From assembly GCF_963506605.1 (NCBI RefSeq), contig NC_083277.1, positions 88,102,001-88,166,000 on the forward strand: a stretch of DNA of 64,000 nucleotides. Direction: 5' to 3'. Shown piece after piece: positions 26,101-40,610 of this stretch; the first letter of the stretch is position 1; every line of letters begins with the position of its first letter. This stretch comes from Zootoca vivipara. Its lineage: Eukaryota. The position numbers and the translations under genes were made by a program. The notes beneath the pieces were generated by a model. The model worked only from the letters and a program-made list of their open reading frames with translations, made no database searches and was not told the DNA's origin.

Positions 26101-28956
26101 CTTTATATACATGTGGCATCTGAGGTAACTGCTAATTCAGGAGATCTAATTCAAGCTTTGGCAAGGACATAGACACACCATAAAAACATCAAGTCAGAGT
26201 AACTAGTCTTAAATTGGTCAAGTTAAACTTATAGGACCGATAAAGACATATTACAATTACATGTATGTAACATCATTTTAACCACAATGTTAGCACATAA
26301 AGTAACTTTTGCAACACACATAAATAACTCTGCTCCTTAACTAGCCAAGGTGACAGGACAAGGCACAATGAAGTGTGAAGAAACTCTAACCTCGTGGTGG
26401 GCACACTGGCAGTTTTCCGCAAAGCTTTCGGCCTAATTTACATATAGCTGCAGAACAAACCAGGCAGCTTCACCTTGAATAAAGTAGCCAACCACAAATT
26501 CTACAGAAAGAAAGTTAACATTATGCTAAAATCTTCCTTATAAACAGAGAAGCCCACATTGATACTTATCACCAAGTATATTTATCCCCTTCTGAAACCA
26601 CTTTTCACCTGAACAATGTGTTTTGGTAATCTCCTCCATAGCTGTTTTTTTGTGGGGCAGTTAAATTCTGGACAGAGAAAATCTTGGAATGAAGAGCTTT
26701 AAAGAAGATACATTCCTGTCCTCAACCTGCCTGTAATGACAGCTGCAATTTCTTATCTGAAAATTCCATCACTGAAGCCCCTGAACACAACCTGTGAACC
26801 CAACCAAGTATGCCTAAGGGGCAATTAAATGTGGGTAAGGAGCAGTATAACCAAGGACTGCTATTAGCTTCAAGGACACAAAGATCAAGCAAATTGTCCA
26901 ACATTTTCAATCATTTAGAAAAATAGGATAAAGCCTTCAAAACTAAGCCTAAATGCCTAGCCTCCACAGTAGAAACTATCCTCTCTGAAATTTCAGCATT
27001 ACCCATCTAGATGAATGGGATGACAAACTATATCCCCAAAATCTAATCAACACAATTATGTATAAGCTGCTGTTTTATATACAATGAATAACAACCAACT
27101 CATAGAATGAAGAATAATAACCAGCTACTGAAACACAATCTGCAATGACTGGAAAACAATATTTAATCCAATAACAACAAATTGCCTTATTCATAGCACA
27201 TATGGACTTCCATACCAGGTAACAAAGTAAATATCCAACACAAGGAAAGGTGTCTGGAAGAAGAATGACATATTAGAAAAACCCACATTAGCAAAAGATT
27301 TTAAAAAAGAATGAGATTTTATAAGATGTTATGATCCTTACTTGTTAATATACCAGCTCCTAAGAAAACCTTCTGAGACATAAGAAAACCATCCTAAGTA
27401 AACCTCCTAAGAAAGATGATAAAAAATTTAACCACTGAACACTTGCAATGCAATGCTAAACAAGACCACTCAGAAGCAAGCTCCACTGACTTCAGTGGGG
27501 CTTGTTCCTAGGTAAGCAGGTATAGGATTGCAGCCTAAATATTAAATGAGGAGTTTGTAAAGGTGAGTGGGACAAATGGATAAAACAAGCCTTTCCCATT
27601 TCAAAAGAACTACCCAACACAAATTTTATGATAGAAACAGGCTTCCTTTCAGAGACTACATAACAAGTTTCTTCTCAAAACAGATTGTTGATGATGTTCA
27701 GTGTCAAATGTAAGATATATTTATCTATACAGTGGGTGGTCTAGAAAAAAACCCTAATTCACAGTATTTTGGAAGCTGGCTGTTGCAGAAAAAACTTAGT
27801 TCTCCTTTTGCCCAACCTACTTTATCAAAATAATCTTAAATTCAAAGCAATACCATCAGCTGCCTGATGAGCCTGAAATTAGGGATTTTATTATTAGATG
27901 CAAGATGAACTGCCAGACAAGAACAGCTATTATCTACAGAAATTCCAGTTCAGAAAGTCACTGGATGAAAAATATCACTATTAAAGAAAGTCACTAGAAG
28001 GTGATGAGTTAACCTACTAAGAATAAAGGTCTTATGAAGGTGAAATCTATCAAAGAGAAAAAGTTGAAAGACAAAAGTTGTGCAGAACCACTATATAAAT
28101 GACCTATGATGTTACTGTGAAAAGATTGTGTCCAGCTAGCTTATATATTCTAACATGGGGAGTAAGTCCTAAATTCTGAAATTAATATGACATTTTATGA
28201 ATGGTGGTACTGCTGGATGTCGGAACTCTGCAGGCTGAACCTTGCTTCTCTTCTTGGATGATAAACTGGACATCTTATAAGAATGTCTACTGAAATATCT
28301 CCATCTTCTGGTTTTCAGAACTGACTATATACATAACAGTAATACTTTTCCAAAGTCCTTCTATAATTACCTGGATAGATTTAGAATCAAAACAAGGAAG
28401 AGTTTCTAAATAAGGAAATGAAACTGATATATTCATGGGAAATAGAAAGCTCTGAGCTATATGTACAAAGCAGCAACATACAGACACACATACATGGCAG
28501 AATTGTCCAAAGGAAGTACAAGCAACTGGAGGAATGGCAGGCACAAAGCTCTGAGGACTTATACTCTGCCGGAGTTCAAAAACCTCACAAGGGAATATAA
28601 AGGAGATGCTGACTGCACAGCCAGAGAAGTCACCCATCAGTCCAGATTGGTGGATCTGAGGACACAAGGCTTGTATTTCAAGAGACATTCTGCTGCATTA
28701 AGCAACCAATTGTTGGATACTCCACTTTACACTGAATCTGTATATAAGGCTGTCCGTAATACCTTTCTTGGAAACTTACAGGGTTCTAGTAACTTCTCAC
28801 CACCTCTTAGATTTCTAAAAAAAGAATCGCCTCAATTTTAAAACTAAGATTTCTCACACAAATATCTTAAAAACAAATACAGGAATAAAAACTCTGCAAA
28901 CTTGAAAAGCAGCAGGTATAGGTTTATGCAGTCCGTGAATGAGATTAACCATAAGG

Positions 28957-29071
28957 CAGGAGTGGCTAAACTGCCGTTGGCAGCGTGGGGCTACATCTGG
29001 TCACGCTCGCTGGGGCTGCTGGGAATTTGTAGTCCAATAATATCTGGAGGACCACAGGTTAGCTACCCTTG
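28957..29071. mobile_element. Degenerate URR1-like hAT MITE
   Basis: Related to the 1003 family (gggaatttgtagtcc...ctggagg); TSD ccataagg/ccatatgg. Confidence 0.7.
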
Positions 29072-29342
29072 CCATATGGAGATGACTTACCAGCAAATGA
29101 CAGGACTTTTTTTTTGTACAGTTCAAAGGAGTAGTCTTGCTTTAAGGCTTTAGGTAAAATAGCTTATTTGAAGTTCCAAAAATACATGAGAAAATGTTAC
29201 ATAAACAGAACATCCTACGTCTCAGTCCAGACTACAATTTTATCTTTTGAACTGCCTACAAAATTCGTGTGACAAAGGAAAGTGCTTTATCTTCCTACTT
29301 CAAAATGGTTCCATCTGGTGGAATTTCTGGCTTGATACTCAC

Positions 29343-29442
29343 ATGTGTGGATTCTGAAAAGGAACTCCAGGGTTCAAAGTAAATCGCGCTGTGGATTTGA
29401 AAGGTGGGTTTGCAAAATTCAACTTCAGTGCTCTGCGCTTAC
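29343..29442 (-). CDS. MAP2K4: MAP2K4 exon 2 (G-KRRALKLNFANPPFKSTARFTLNPGVPFQNPH-I; MAPK docking D-site)
   Basis: 100 nt; ctcag| acceptor and |gtgagt donor; KRxALKLNF D-motif. Confidence 0.96.
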
Positions 29443-32400
29443 CTGAGAGATAAACAAACACACAAAAAACACTCTTTTTCGGCAAGAGAACATATGTTAC
29501 TGTATTGAAAGCATCCAAAATGAACCAGAACCAAAAATATAACATATTCTTCCCTACATGAAACATTTCATATAAACAATGAACATTTAATATTGCATTA
29601 TCAATAGATTAGTCATTGGACAGGGCTTCTGCACTTAACACCAAATTGAGCCGCTGAGCAAGTCTGCATCTGACAAACAGCTTCTTTGGTCTACAAATGC
29701 CCTTGTTTTTACAATTATACTACTAGAACCTCTTCCTTTAATGCTGGTGGAGATGTGCAGGTCTGCATGCAACTGAGAAAACATTTCTGGGCATGAGAAA
29801 TAAAGATCAGTGTGCATATAGGAGTATGCTAGCATATGCACATGTATCTGCGAGCCTGAATGTGTGAATGCAAGAGAGTAAGGACATACTTGCACATGCC
29901 AGTAGGTGTTGAGAGAGCAAGTGTACATGTGCTTTTTTTGTAGCCAATGGGGAATGGGGAACTCCTCGCTTAAAAAAAAGAAGAAGAATCTGCTGGCATA
30001 CTAATACATATAGCATCTATAAATGTGTGCAAGTTTCCTAAGCATAAATACATTGCTGTATCTCACAACTATAGCAAGTGGCAAGTTAAAGCTGCAGTTG
30101 AACTTAAAGTTGAGCCTATCAAACATTTTACTACCATGTATTCTGCAATGAAGTGTGCCGAAGCCACCCCACGTTTACTGACTGACTGGTTTTTCATACC
30201 TCCTATCTCCTCACAGCAACAGTCTTCATGTCAAGGAAGCAGGAAGCCCCAGTTTGAGAAGAAGTAAAGGAGATTAATGAGGCACCATAGCACAGATTCC
30301 ACTTAGCAAACTTCAATAATAAATGTTTTGTGCAGACAGACAGGTTATGGAAATAATGTTTGGATTAAACTTGATCTATTTTAACACATTGAGGAAAAGA
30401 ATTTGAACTGTCTAACTCAATAACAGAATTAAAATTCTGATGCAAAATTTGAGTATTTCTAAAAATAATGCACTTCCTTTTGTTAACGAAGGGATGAACT
30501 GACCTAAGTTTTTAAAAACAGCTTATTAACATTCCTGTTATTAAATCACAGAATTATAGAATTGCACGGTGACCCACAAGGGTCATATAGTTCAACCCCC
30601 TTGCAATGCATAGGAATGATTGGCATATGACACATTAATACCAACACACTTTAACAAGGAAGTGAATTGATGGGATTCATTTCCAGGAGAGTGATCAACT
30701 GGACACTTCAGAAATCTGCCTGCTAGATTTAGCCTACAGTCCCATAACCACTTACCTAGGAGTAAACCCTACGGAACTCAAATGAGAATTACTTCTAAGT
30801 CAACATGTATAGGATTGTACAGTATGGTCTTGAGCACCTTGGCCCTGCATCTCAGATCAGTGTCTAACATAAGCAAGAAGTCAACTAAACCAACATGGCA
30901 TGCATTTTAACCTCAAGTTGTTTTTGCTGTATTGCTCTTTTGTCACCCTCATATTCTTTCATCCATCACATGCTCACGCACATATATAGCAGCTAATTCA
31001 AACTTTTCATTTGCACAAGCTAAAGGCATATGGCTTACCACAAAGCCTCAATCATACCACACTACACTGACATATCTAAACAGTAGATTAAAAGCAACTG
31101 CAGGAGTGCATCTTCCTCACCGCTTTCTGCATGTTAACAGGAAAGATGGTATCAGCAACTTAGTGGTTCAGATAATACCAGAAAGGCCCAAATCAGAGAA
31201 ACCCCACGAGACACAAGACCCAATTAATAAACCCAAGTCTATGGATATATAATGCACTAAAGCTAGTTAGGTAATTTCTGCTAGCTTTCATTGACATCAC
31301 ACTGTTGTGTGACACCACCAGAGCCTCATACCTCCCAAGGGAGTTCACAAGGAAATGAAGATGAAGGCTCTATTTCTGATGCTGCAAGAACAAGAGGATT
31401 AACTCATATACACCTGCAACATTGGGCTATTAATTCTGAAAAGCTGGGAAGCCTATCTAATTGAATGCAATTCTAGATATGCCTGAAACAGAAAACACTT
31501 CTACTTTTAAAAAATCCACTCAAAAAACCTCCATACCTATTTTACTAAAAGTCTAACCTGATTTTTGTGACCTAGTCTGTGTCTACAGATTTAAGCAGTA
31601 CATATGAAATAAACGTTGGGTTTAGTTCCTTGATTCTGTATACACACATTATGCACCAGGTTGGTGCACAGATAGCATTATTGCAGATCAGAGTTGGGTT
31701 GCCTTTTCTGTCTTCCCCAGAAACTACAATGATGCTGTTACAAGACCAGAACCTGGTACACGAATGCCATCATTGTATTCTGTTCCAGGAAAAATTGGGA
31801 GAAAGAAACAAACAAAAATGATCACATCTGAAGAATAAGGCCTTGTTGTAGGGTACTTCTTGGTTGTTGGATGCAGTACACGTACTCAATATTCACATTC
31901 AACATGGGAACTGCACTGATTTACACACTGACCTCTGCGCCTCCCAACAGCAGATATGGAGATTAGTAGTATTAAATCAATAAAAAGACAGTCCAGCCAA
32001 GAGTGTAGAAAGAATGCTGTGCACAACCAACCCATCTTTATACCTGTCTTCTGTGCATACTATTGCCACATTTTCTGTTTAGAATTTAGCTTTAGGACCA
32101 ATAATTTGGAAGGATGCCACTTGGACATCAATACATTCTGCTGCCTGGCCCCTTTGGAGGGCAACTCTAGGGCTGAGCAGACAATTCCTCATGTGCTTCC
32201 CAATAATTAATGTTTTCAGTGGTGCAAAATGGGAGTTAGTGATGACAAATACAAATAAGGCATTATAGAGATAAGATAATGAGCTTGAATCCAGAGATCC
32301 TGCTCTTCTCAGAGGATTCTCCAGTAGGCAGAAGAGACGGGATGATTTTATTCAAGCCTTCCTTCATTCCCCCACAAAATCTACTCCAGAGGGTTGGGTT

Positions 32401-35400
32401 GTGAAGCAGCACACGGTTCAATAAAACACTTTGCTATGCAGGAGAAGGAAGGACCTCTTTTAAACTACAGTGTAAGAATTTTGCTAAGAGAATCTCGTAT
32501 TGATGAACAAAAATAGTACATGTAGCTGTCCTGGTTATGGATGACCTGGGAATAAATATCAGTGGTATAACCTAAAGATCTTCAACCAAAAGGCAGACTA
32601 TACTGTTCCCCTTTGCAGAAATTCCTTACAAGCTGATGATTTGTTTCATAAGTAGTATTGAAAGCTAAGTATTCAGACAGCAGAAAAATAGCTGTCCTGA
32701 AAGCATTCCTTAGTGTTTCTCAAACTGTCTGATGTGGTGGACCAGCAATCCCCACCCCACTGATGTGCCAGGAACTGGTACCATATTTGGTCCCTGAAAC
32801 ATCCCTCCCAACTTGGGCTGTGGTGGTGTTGTTGTGGACCAGCAGCTGATGCTTCGCAGACGAGCACAAATACATGGACCACCACTTCAAGTAGCACTGC
32901 CCTGGTCTGCCTTTTGAGATTCCAAATAATGGGAAAGGACAGAATGGAGTATTAAAAAGGACAAGCCTCTTCCTTAATTTGTGGTGGGTGTACAGAACCA
33001 TCCCCACCTTCCAGGTCTTGCCCCTATGTCTCACACTTTAGCTTCTAGCGCTTCTCTCGTTACTACTTTGGAATTGAAGAAACTACTTCTCTAGTCCAAA
33101 GTATGTTTTAAAGTCCGGTCAATTTAAGCATAATAGGGAGGGCAGTAGGATGAGCATTCTAGCATTATTTGCTCCACCCCTTCCCTTCATCACTGTTTCA
33201 GTCATCTTACAGCAAATGGAAGGCAAATGTATAAAGTGTGGAAGGTCATTTATATGCAGACACATGCACATTTTAGAAGCCTGGAAAGAACAAGTGACTT
33301 CAGAGCTAGTGCACTCATCCACATTATCCACATCATGTGTTCACATTGCCTTAATTGTACCATTTGCTAGGGCTTCTCTGTGTGTTATTTTTGGTAGTAC
33401 TCTCCCCAAATACTTCTTGCAACATATTCCTAACAACTCCTCCTTAGTGGAGATGGCGCTCATCAGTCACTGATTCTCTTGAGTTTGCCAGAATTCTGTA
33501 GCTAGTCACCTTCTCGCTGCATGAAGACTTAAGTGTGTGGACAGGAGAAAGGTTTTTTAAAAACCCCAGCCAGGACATTACCATCATTATAGATCAGGTG
33601 TGAACCAGGGACTTGCCAGCTTAATAAGAGGTTTGTTTCTTTAGAAACTCATTTGAAAACAACTACTACAGAGAGGAAGAATGGATGGATAGATTGGGTT
33701 AATAATTTTGACACGTTTAGGGAGAATGGAAAGTAACCCTCCTGCCAAAACTAGTTATGGAAAAAATTGGGATAATCTCTCTGGTTAGGATAACATTTTT
33801 TAAGATTGCAGGAATGGGAGCCATGTTCTTGACTGATCTAGCAGGTGCTGAGTTGTATTCAACATAGTGCTAAGGTGGAGCTAAAGTGGAGCATAGTGCT
33901 AAGGTCAGCACAAGGATTTCACCCTGTGCAATGAAATGTTCTCCCCATCTTCCGCTTGCATGCCCTCTAAATCTGTTCTGGGGTTTCTTCCCTATCCTTC
34001 AGGGATTTTGGGATGGCATGGGATGCATGTGGGAGAAAGAAACGAGGGGAAATCCCCTTGTGCTAGCACAAGATTTAGTTGAATACTGCCCAGAGAGAAA
34101 AGAAATGAGGGTGCTCAGGGCAGGACTGCTTCTAAATGCTTTCTCCAGTGAACCATCAACATACCCCCATTGCATAGGAAATCACTGATCATCCTGCTCC
34201 ATTTCTTTCATTCCCCCCCCCCCCCAAACTGGGGCAATTAATACTATTTCTTGATTTGAGAGATTGTGTCGCAATTCTGATCTTCTGGGAATTCAAAACT
34301 CTTTCATGTAGTTAGTTTTAAGGTATAAAAGCTGCAAAAAATACAAATAACCAGGATATTTGTTTCCACAGGGAATATTTGTTTGCAAGGAAAGACCATA
34401 TTCCTAAGACTTAAGATTAAAACCACTGTCAGTTGTTAGCCACCTCCAGAAATATCACAAATATCACCAGTTTTGGAACATGTTCCCTAAAGCATACTTA
34501 CATGAAATTATGTTCCACTTAAATCACTTGAACTGATTTCTAATTAAAGGTATTTAGGAAGGGAGTGCCTGCAAATTGCATTAACAGAGGCATAGAGAGT
34601 ATTGAAATGTCTAAGAACTATGACTTGATGGCCACAAGGCTTATACAAATTTTATAAGCTTTGCTCATTATGAATAAAAATATGCAAATAATCTGTGGTC
34701 TACCTACTTACGCTACTTTTTCTGCTGTGACCTTCACAGCTGCCCAAGTTAATCAGTCCCCATTTATTATTTCTGCTAGAAATATACTGCTATGGACAAC
34801 TTCATTAATCTTTTAAGAAGCCATCTGCTTACACACACACCCTAAAAACAGGAGTCCTTAATGGCACGAAGTGGTGACTGTAGAATGAAGTCATAAGACA
34901 AAGATTCAAGCAATAGGTAGAGCATAAGAAGCCAGAGGGGAAAAGAAGGCTAAAGCATTAGTTCTTGTTTAACACAAGCTTCTTGCTTGGAGGGACCACA
35001 ACTCAGGGACAAAACAGAAATGATGGTTTTCACTTCACTTTTAAAAAGTAAATAGGAACCAAGGACTCCTGAAAACTGGATTGGAACTACAGGATGGAGA
35101 AGGGAAGCTTTAACCCTAGTCTCAACCTGGGTCCCATCCTCCTGTGGTTACCAGTAGTAGCTATGGGGCCTCTTATCTAGATCAGGGCTGCAGCAGAGAC
35201 AGTTCCCCTTCGCCCCCATGGCCCAATCTGGAAGCTCCCACAGCTCCTATTTGTTTGTTTGAAAAATTACCTTCATTTTTGTTATGGCCCTCACTTTTAA
35301 GAACTAGCACTTCCTCATCCATGGGAATAGCACTATCTGCAAGAGGCGCAAGAGAATAAAACAGCATTCTACACAACAACAGACGTGTCATTGTGACAGG

Positions 35401-37137
35401 AAAATACAAGGTGCCAAAACACCATGCAAGTTATCTCAGAAACCGCTTGAATCTTTTCAGTTTACTTTTTCTTGTCATTTGCCCCCCTTCTAGGTATATA
35501 TCTTCACAGTGCTGCAAAAATGCGTTACAAACTGACTACAAAATAGCATTTCCCAGAGGTACCATAGGACTGGAATAGGAGGTAAACTACATTTCTGATT
35601 GTCTAGATAGCTGGTGGTGATATTTGGGGCACAAACTGTTTTGCATTTCTTGATTACCATTTTCCTACTAGGGATCATCTTTAGAACCCTTAGGCAGCAA
35701 ATCACTAAGCATCAATAGTCATCTTACAAGCATTTCATCATTTCAAAATTAAATATGCATATCCATTAGCTTCAAATAAAAATGAAAAATATATGCAGCC
35801 TGAATGCAAGATGGATGTGTTTAACTATACAAGGTGTACCCAGTAGAAGGGGCAGGGGGGAATGCTAGCAGTGCTGTTTTTGTCTCCAATAAAGTTCCCA
35901 CTAAAGCATGGCAGGCAATCATAATGATATAATGAACATAGCAATTTTTTAAAAAATGAATGCCATAAGAGAATGAAACAATGAAAAAATTAATTGTGCA
36001 GAGCTTCCATTAATCATCCGAACATGGGATGATAGTGACTGACAATTTTTCCTGACTTTTATAGAAACGTCAGTTTCAAAATGATGTATCCAGTCATGTT
36101 TTCAAAAGTTATCATTCCAAAGGTACACAGAAAGCACTACTGAGTAATTTAAATTACAACTAGAGCCCATAGTAGAATACCTTGATTCAGTCGCAGAGGG
36201 CAAGCTCTGCATGACTAAAGTTAGAAGCTCGGCATCTCCACTCAAATGATCTCAGGTAGCAGTGGGAAAGACTGTTCCATGAGATCTTGGGAGAGCCAGT
36301 GCCAATCAGATTAGACATTACACTACTGGATTGATGGCTTGACAATTGTCGCATTCCCATATAACACTAAGCCAAACCATAACTTACCACAAACATGCTA
36401 GTTCCCAGGGAGAACGCAACCCCTTAGATGATCCCCAATTATTTTAGCTCAGCACAACAATGAAGCCAAGGTTGGCTTAGTGTATCATCCACACACCGAT
36501 CTATGGTTATCTCCTCCTTAATCATGGTCTGTAGCCAAGGTTTGCTCTTGACTACATCACAGTTAAGGAGCGTAGAGTTTAAGCACAATCCCACCTTCAG
36601 ATGAATTGTTAAGCCAAACTTTGGCACCGCTGCTATACCAAACTGACTGGGCAGGAGCAAAGTGAATGCGAGCCATAGTTTGGTTTACTGTGTCACGCTA
36701 CCAAGGCCAATGCAAAGCAGTTCATGCCAAACTTTAAAACAAGAGCAGAAACACTAAGGTGACTTCGGCCCCTACTGAAATAATCCTCTCAGTCCCTATG
36801 ACTACTTTTCCACTAAGTGGTTAGACATCATTAAACCCCAAATATCTGTATTTCCACTTCATTTTATAAAAGTCTTAAATCTTTCATTCGTAACAGTTTA
36901 GGAACAACTATCTATGTGACCTCTAGTTTACTATCCAAGAAGTATAAGAGATACTAAAGAATTATTGACAGATCAACAGAATTAGATTTGGGTAGCAAGA
37001 TGAAAAATGGAAGCTCTGCCCATGTATTAATGCATGGCTGGTTAGTTAGATCAACAGTGGACACATTCCCAGTACCAAGAATGATATAAAAATAAAATAA
37101 AATAAAATAGCAGAATACTATAAAACATGTAGCTTAC

Positions 37138-37170
37138 TTTGTGCTTTTTCACAGAAGTTTATCTGAAAGC
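37138..37170 (-). CDS. MAP2K4: MAP2K4 alternative 33-nt microexon (G-FQINFCEKAQ-S)
   Basis: ttttttgctttag| acceptor, |gtaagc donor, frame-preserving phase 1-1; the peptide matches my recollection of the 11-aa insert in the longer human MKK4 isoform. Confidence 0.88.
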
Positions 37171-39767
37171 CTAAAGCAAAAAAGATAAGTTCTAGTTCAT
37201 TTTCTGGAAAATAGAGATTTGCACAACCTTTAAAAATCACATTTCATGTTCATTAAAAAAAAACACCCTCAACCACCAAATAAAAGGTTAAATCACTGCC
37301 TGAGTTGCAAAGACAGTACTCCAATCATCTGTTTTCTTGTCAATATCTAATACCTTTTGGAAAAGTCAAAGTTGTATTATACAGTACTGTCCGAAACATC
37401 AGTAAAGCATCAGCAGGTGGCTGTCCAGATCAGGTCAGCTACAGAGGTTAAGTATTAGTTTGTTGTTAACTTTAAACAAAATGTTAAGAACAAATGGTGA
37501 TTTTGCTAGGAAGTTTCCCAATGTACTTTCCGAAGTTAAATAAGTACATGCATGATGAAGGCTTCCCAAGATTAGATTTGTATTTCTGGGTATACTGTAC
37601 ATGTGCAAGCATCACTGTCTGTTTTCACCATTCACCGCAGAATTATATCTGACTTGGTTTTAGAGACAGACAGATGTTGTTTCTCCAGCTTGTCTAAATA
37701 ATGCAGATAAACCCGATTTGCCTACTTTACTTATTTTGCATAATTTATTTCACTTTTGCTAGTTGTGAGGAGGAGCAAGTAAATATCCAAGGTACTAATA
37801 CTTCAATCCCTCCCCACTGAAAATCCTGTTGAGTCGTTCTCTGGTTTCTGTGGCTTCTCAAGCATTCTCTGAACATAAAAAAACCAAAATGCTGTTTTTA
37901 AATGAGACATGAGAAATTCAGGTTGCTACATTTTGTGCCCAATATGAATATTCAAGTTTGCCCCAAAATTGTGGATAATGCATTCACAAAACACTGGAAG
38001 TCGCATATGACTTTTTAAATGTGACATGCTAGTATATATTTTTTGTCACTTGTAGAAGTGAGAAAACAGTGACTTGTTGAGGCCTACATAGTAATCCATG
38101 AAACTATAGGGCACTTGACCCTCTGCATTCATTTCTTTCTTTCAATACACAACTAGCTGAAGCCCAATGGTCAACTGAGAGGATAGGTTTATACTAGCTG
38201 CACTCCTGAAAATTCACAGGTATATAAATGTGAATGGTGAAAATGGCAGCCTTCTGTGCTCAGCCATAATCATTGAGTACAACATAATGACCTTGCTGCA
38301 ACAAACCAGTGATGTACCTAGTTCAGCATTCTGTCTCTAATAGGGGCAAACAAGACACCATAGGAAAGTCACAGGAAAGACATGAATGTAATAGCCACAC
38401 TCTGCACCCTTAATGTGTTCTGGAGATTCTCCCAACCCTGCAAAGAGGATTTGGGGAGAGTGCGGGGGGGGGCACACAGGGAGAAGAGGGGTAAGCTCTG
38501 TTTCACTAGCAGAAATCCCTGAGCTAGTGAAAACTTCACTGGATATTGCCAAAAGGTTTGAGCTATCAAATACCACAGCCCTGCTGAAGGAAAAATTGCA
38601 CCAAATTCAATGCTTTTACACATGAAACAGAATAAATGAGTGACCATCGTGTCCAAGAACAGGAGTAAAAAAGTAACACCCCTAGATATTTGACTGGTAA
38701 GTAAAAGCAATGTCTGTTACTGTGTATATGCAATCTGGAAAAAATAATGAAAACTCTAGGCCAGAGTACTAACATACTTGTTCCTTTCTGATAAGATTCA
38801 GGAACAAATAAAATATCCAGATATTATGAAGTAAAATTTACTTAGTTTAAAAAGTTGTTTTAAAAAATTGGTTGCTGGTTCTGATTGAGTTTCCATAACT
38901 AGCCCAAGAAAGAAGCCAAAACAAGTCTATGCAAATATTCAGTTGCAAGTTGAAAACAAGGGATTTGGAATCATATGCAAATCAAAAGGAAAGAATCTAC
39001 TCTGGCATTTGACAACAGCTTGGAAGCACATTGAGCCTACTCATACAGCTTAACATTTGACATAATTTGCTATCCAGCACTGAAAGCTACACTTTCTAAA
39101 GTTTGGCCATCTTTTCTTGAGTCAGAGAAAAGGACCATGAATACACGAATCCAGAAGATATGGTACTTAAGCTCAGCAAGAGCCTCAGGCAAGAAAGAAA
39201 AAAGCCAGCCAAATCAGCTAAAAAGCAAAGGACAATAGGAAAGTAACCAAGATGGTCTCAGTAAAGTAGTTGACATCCTTCCAGAATGTTCCATTCTGTT
39301 ATTACAATCAAGAATTTTTGGCTGTAAAGGGAGCAATGCTTGTTTCTGCTAACTATTTTCCTCTGGGACAGGAGGACACATCTGAATTCTAAACACAGAT
39401 TAAAGAGAGCAACTGTCTTATTATTTTATGTTAACTTCATAATTTGGATGGGCTGAAGAAACTTGTTTTGGCCTAAAATGAAGAAATAAAGTTGTCAGAT
39501 GTAAAAATAGAGGGCACAAGGAACATCAGAAGCAAGCAACAAACAAAAACATAGCAAAGTGATAGGTATTAGATGGCATGGTCCTAGAACAAAGAGGGTG
39601 TATTCATTAACCAATGGGCACCAATACAACATCCAATTTATTACAATGTTTTTCAACATTGTATGCCTATGTTTCCAAGATTTTCTAAAAGCATAAGGTC
39701 TAGAAACATGTAATGATTCTGAGCCTTTCAAAAAAACCTGCCTACAAATTATAATCCCGTGCAGATT

Positions 39768-40610
39768 TAAGAACAGAAGAGGAGCCTGCTGGAGCAGGCA
39801 AATGACCCATCTAGTCCAGCATCCTAGTCACAGTATGCCCAACCAGATGCCAAACGAAATTCACAAGCATGAGCCAAGCAGAAGAGCATTCAACCCTCCC
39901 CCCCCCAAATGATTTCCTGCAACTGGTATTCAGATGCATTACTGCCTCCAACTATGGAGGTAGAGCACAGCCATCATAGCTAGTTGCCACTGATAGCCTT
40001 ATCCTCCATGACTTTGTCCAATCCTTTTTTAAAGCCATCCAAATCAGTGGTCATCACTGCCTTCTGTGGGAGTGAGTTCCTTAGTTTAACTAAGTTTAAC
40101 TTAATGTGCTGCATTAAGAAGTATTTTCTGTTATTCGTCCTGATTCTTCCAACATACAGCTTCACTGGATGTGCACAAGTTCTAACGTTTTAAGAGAGGG
40201 AGAAAGACTCCCTCTTTCTTCAAGCCATGTGAATTTTATAAACTTCTATAACGCCAACTTACTCTCCTTTTCTCTAAATGAAAAAGTCCCAAACATGACA
40301 ACCTTTTCTCACAGTGGAGTTACTTGATCCCCTTGATTGCTCTGGTTGCTCTTTTCTGAACCTTTTCCAACTCTACAAGATTCTTTCAGAGGTGAGGCAT
40401 CCAGAACTGTACACAGTATTCCAAATTCAACCACACCATAGATTTTGTATTATCATTGAGCTATCCACTACGACCCAAAGGTCTCTGTCCTGTTCTCAGA
40501 CTCCAGGAACATGTGTTTAATATTAATATTTGTCATCGTGACATGCAGCACTTTACACTTTTTTACATTGAACTGCATTTGCCATTTACCACCCATTCAA
40601 TCAGTTGGGA
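39768..40610 (-). mobile_element. CR1 LINE 3' fragment
   Basis: ORF2 C-terminal peptide RKYF...NSLPQ.AV...LDGFKKGLDK.M and a CR1-type 3' end. Confidence 0.8.

Noticed and set aside
15022-29342. Intronic miRNA equivalent to mammalian miR-744 in MAP2K4
   Set aside because: I did not recognise a matching mature sequence or hairpin; it cannot be excluded without a search.
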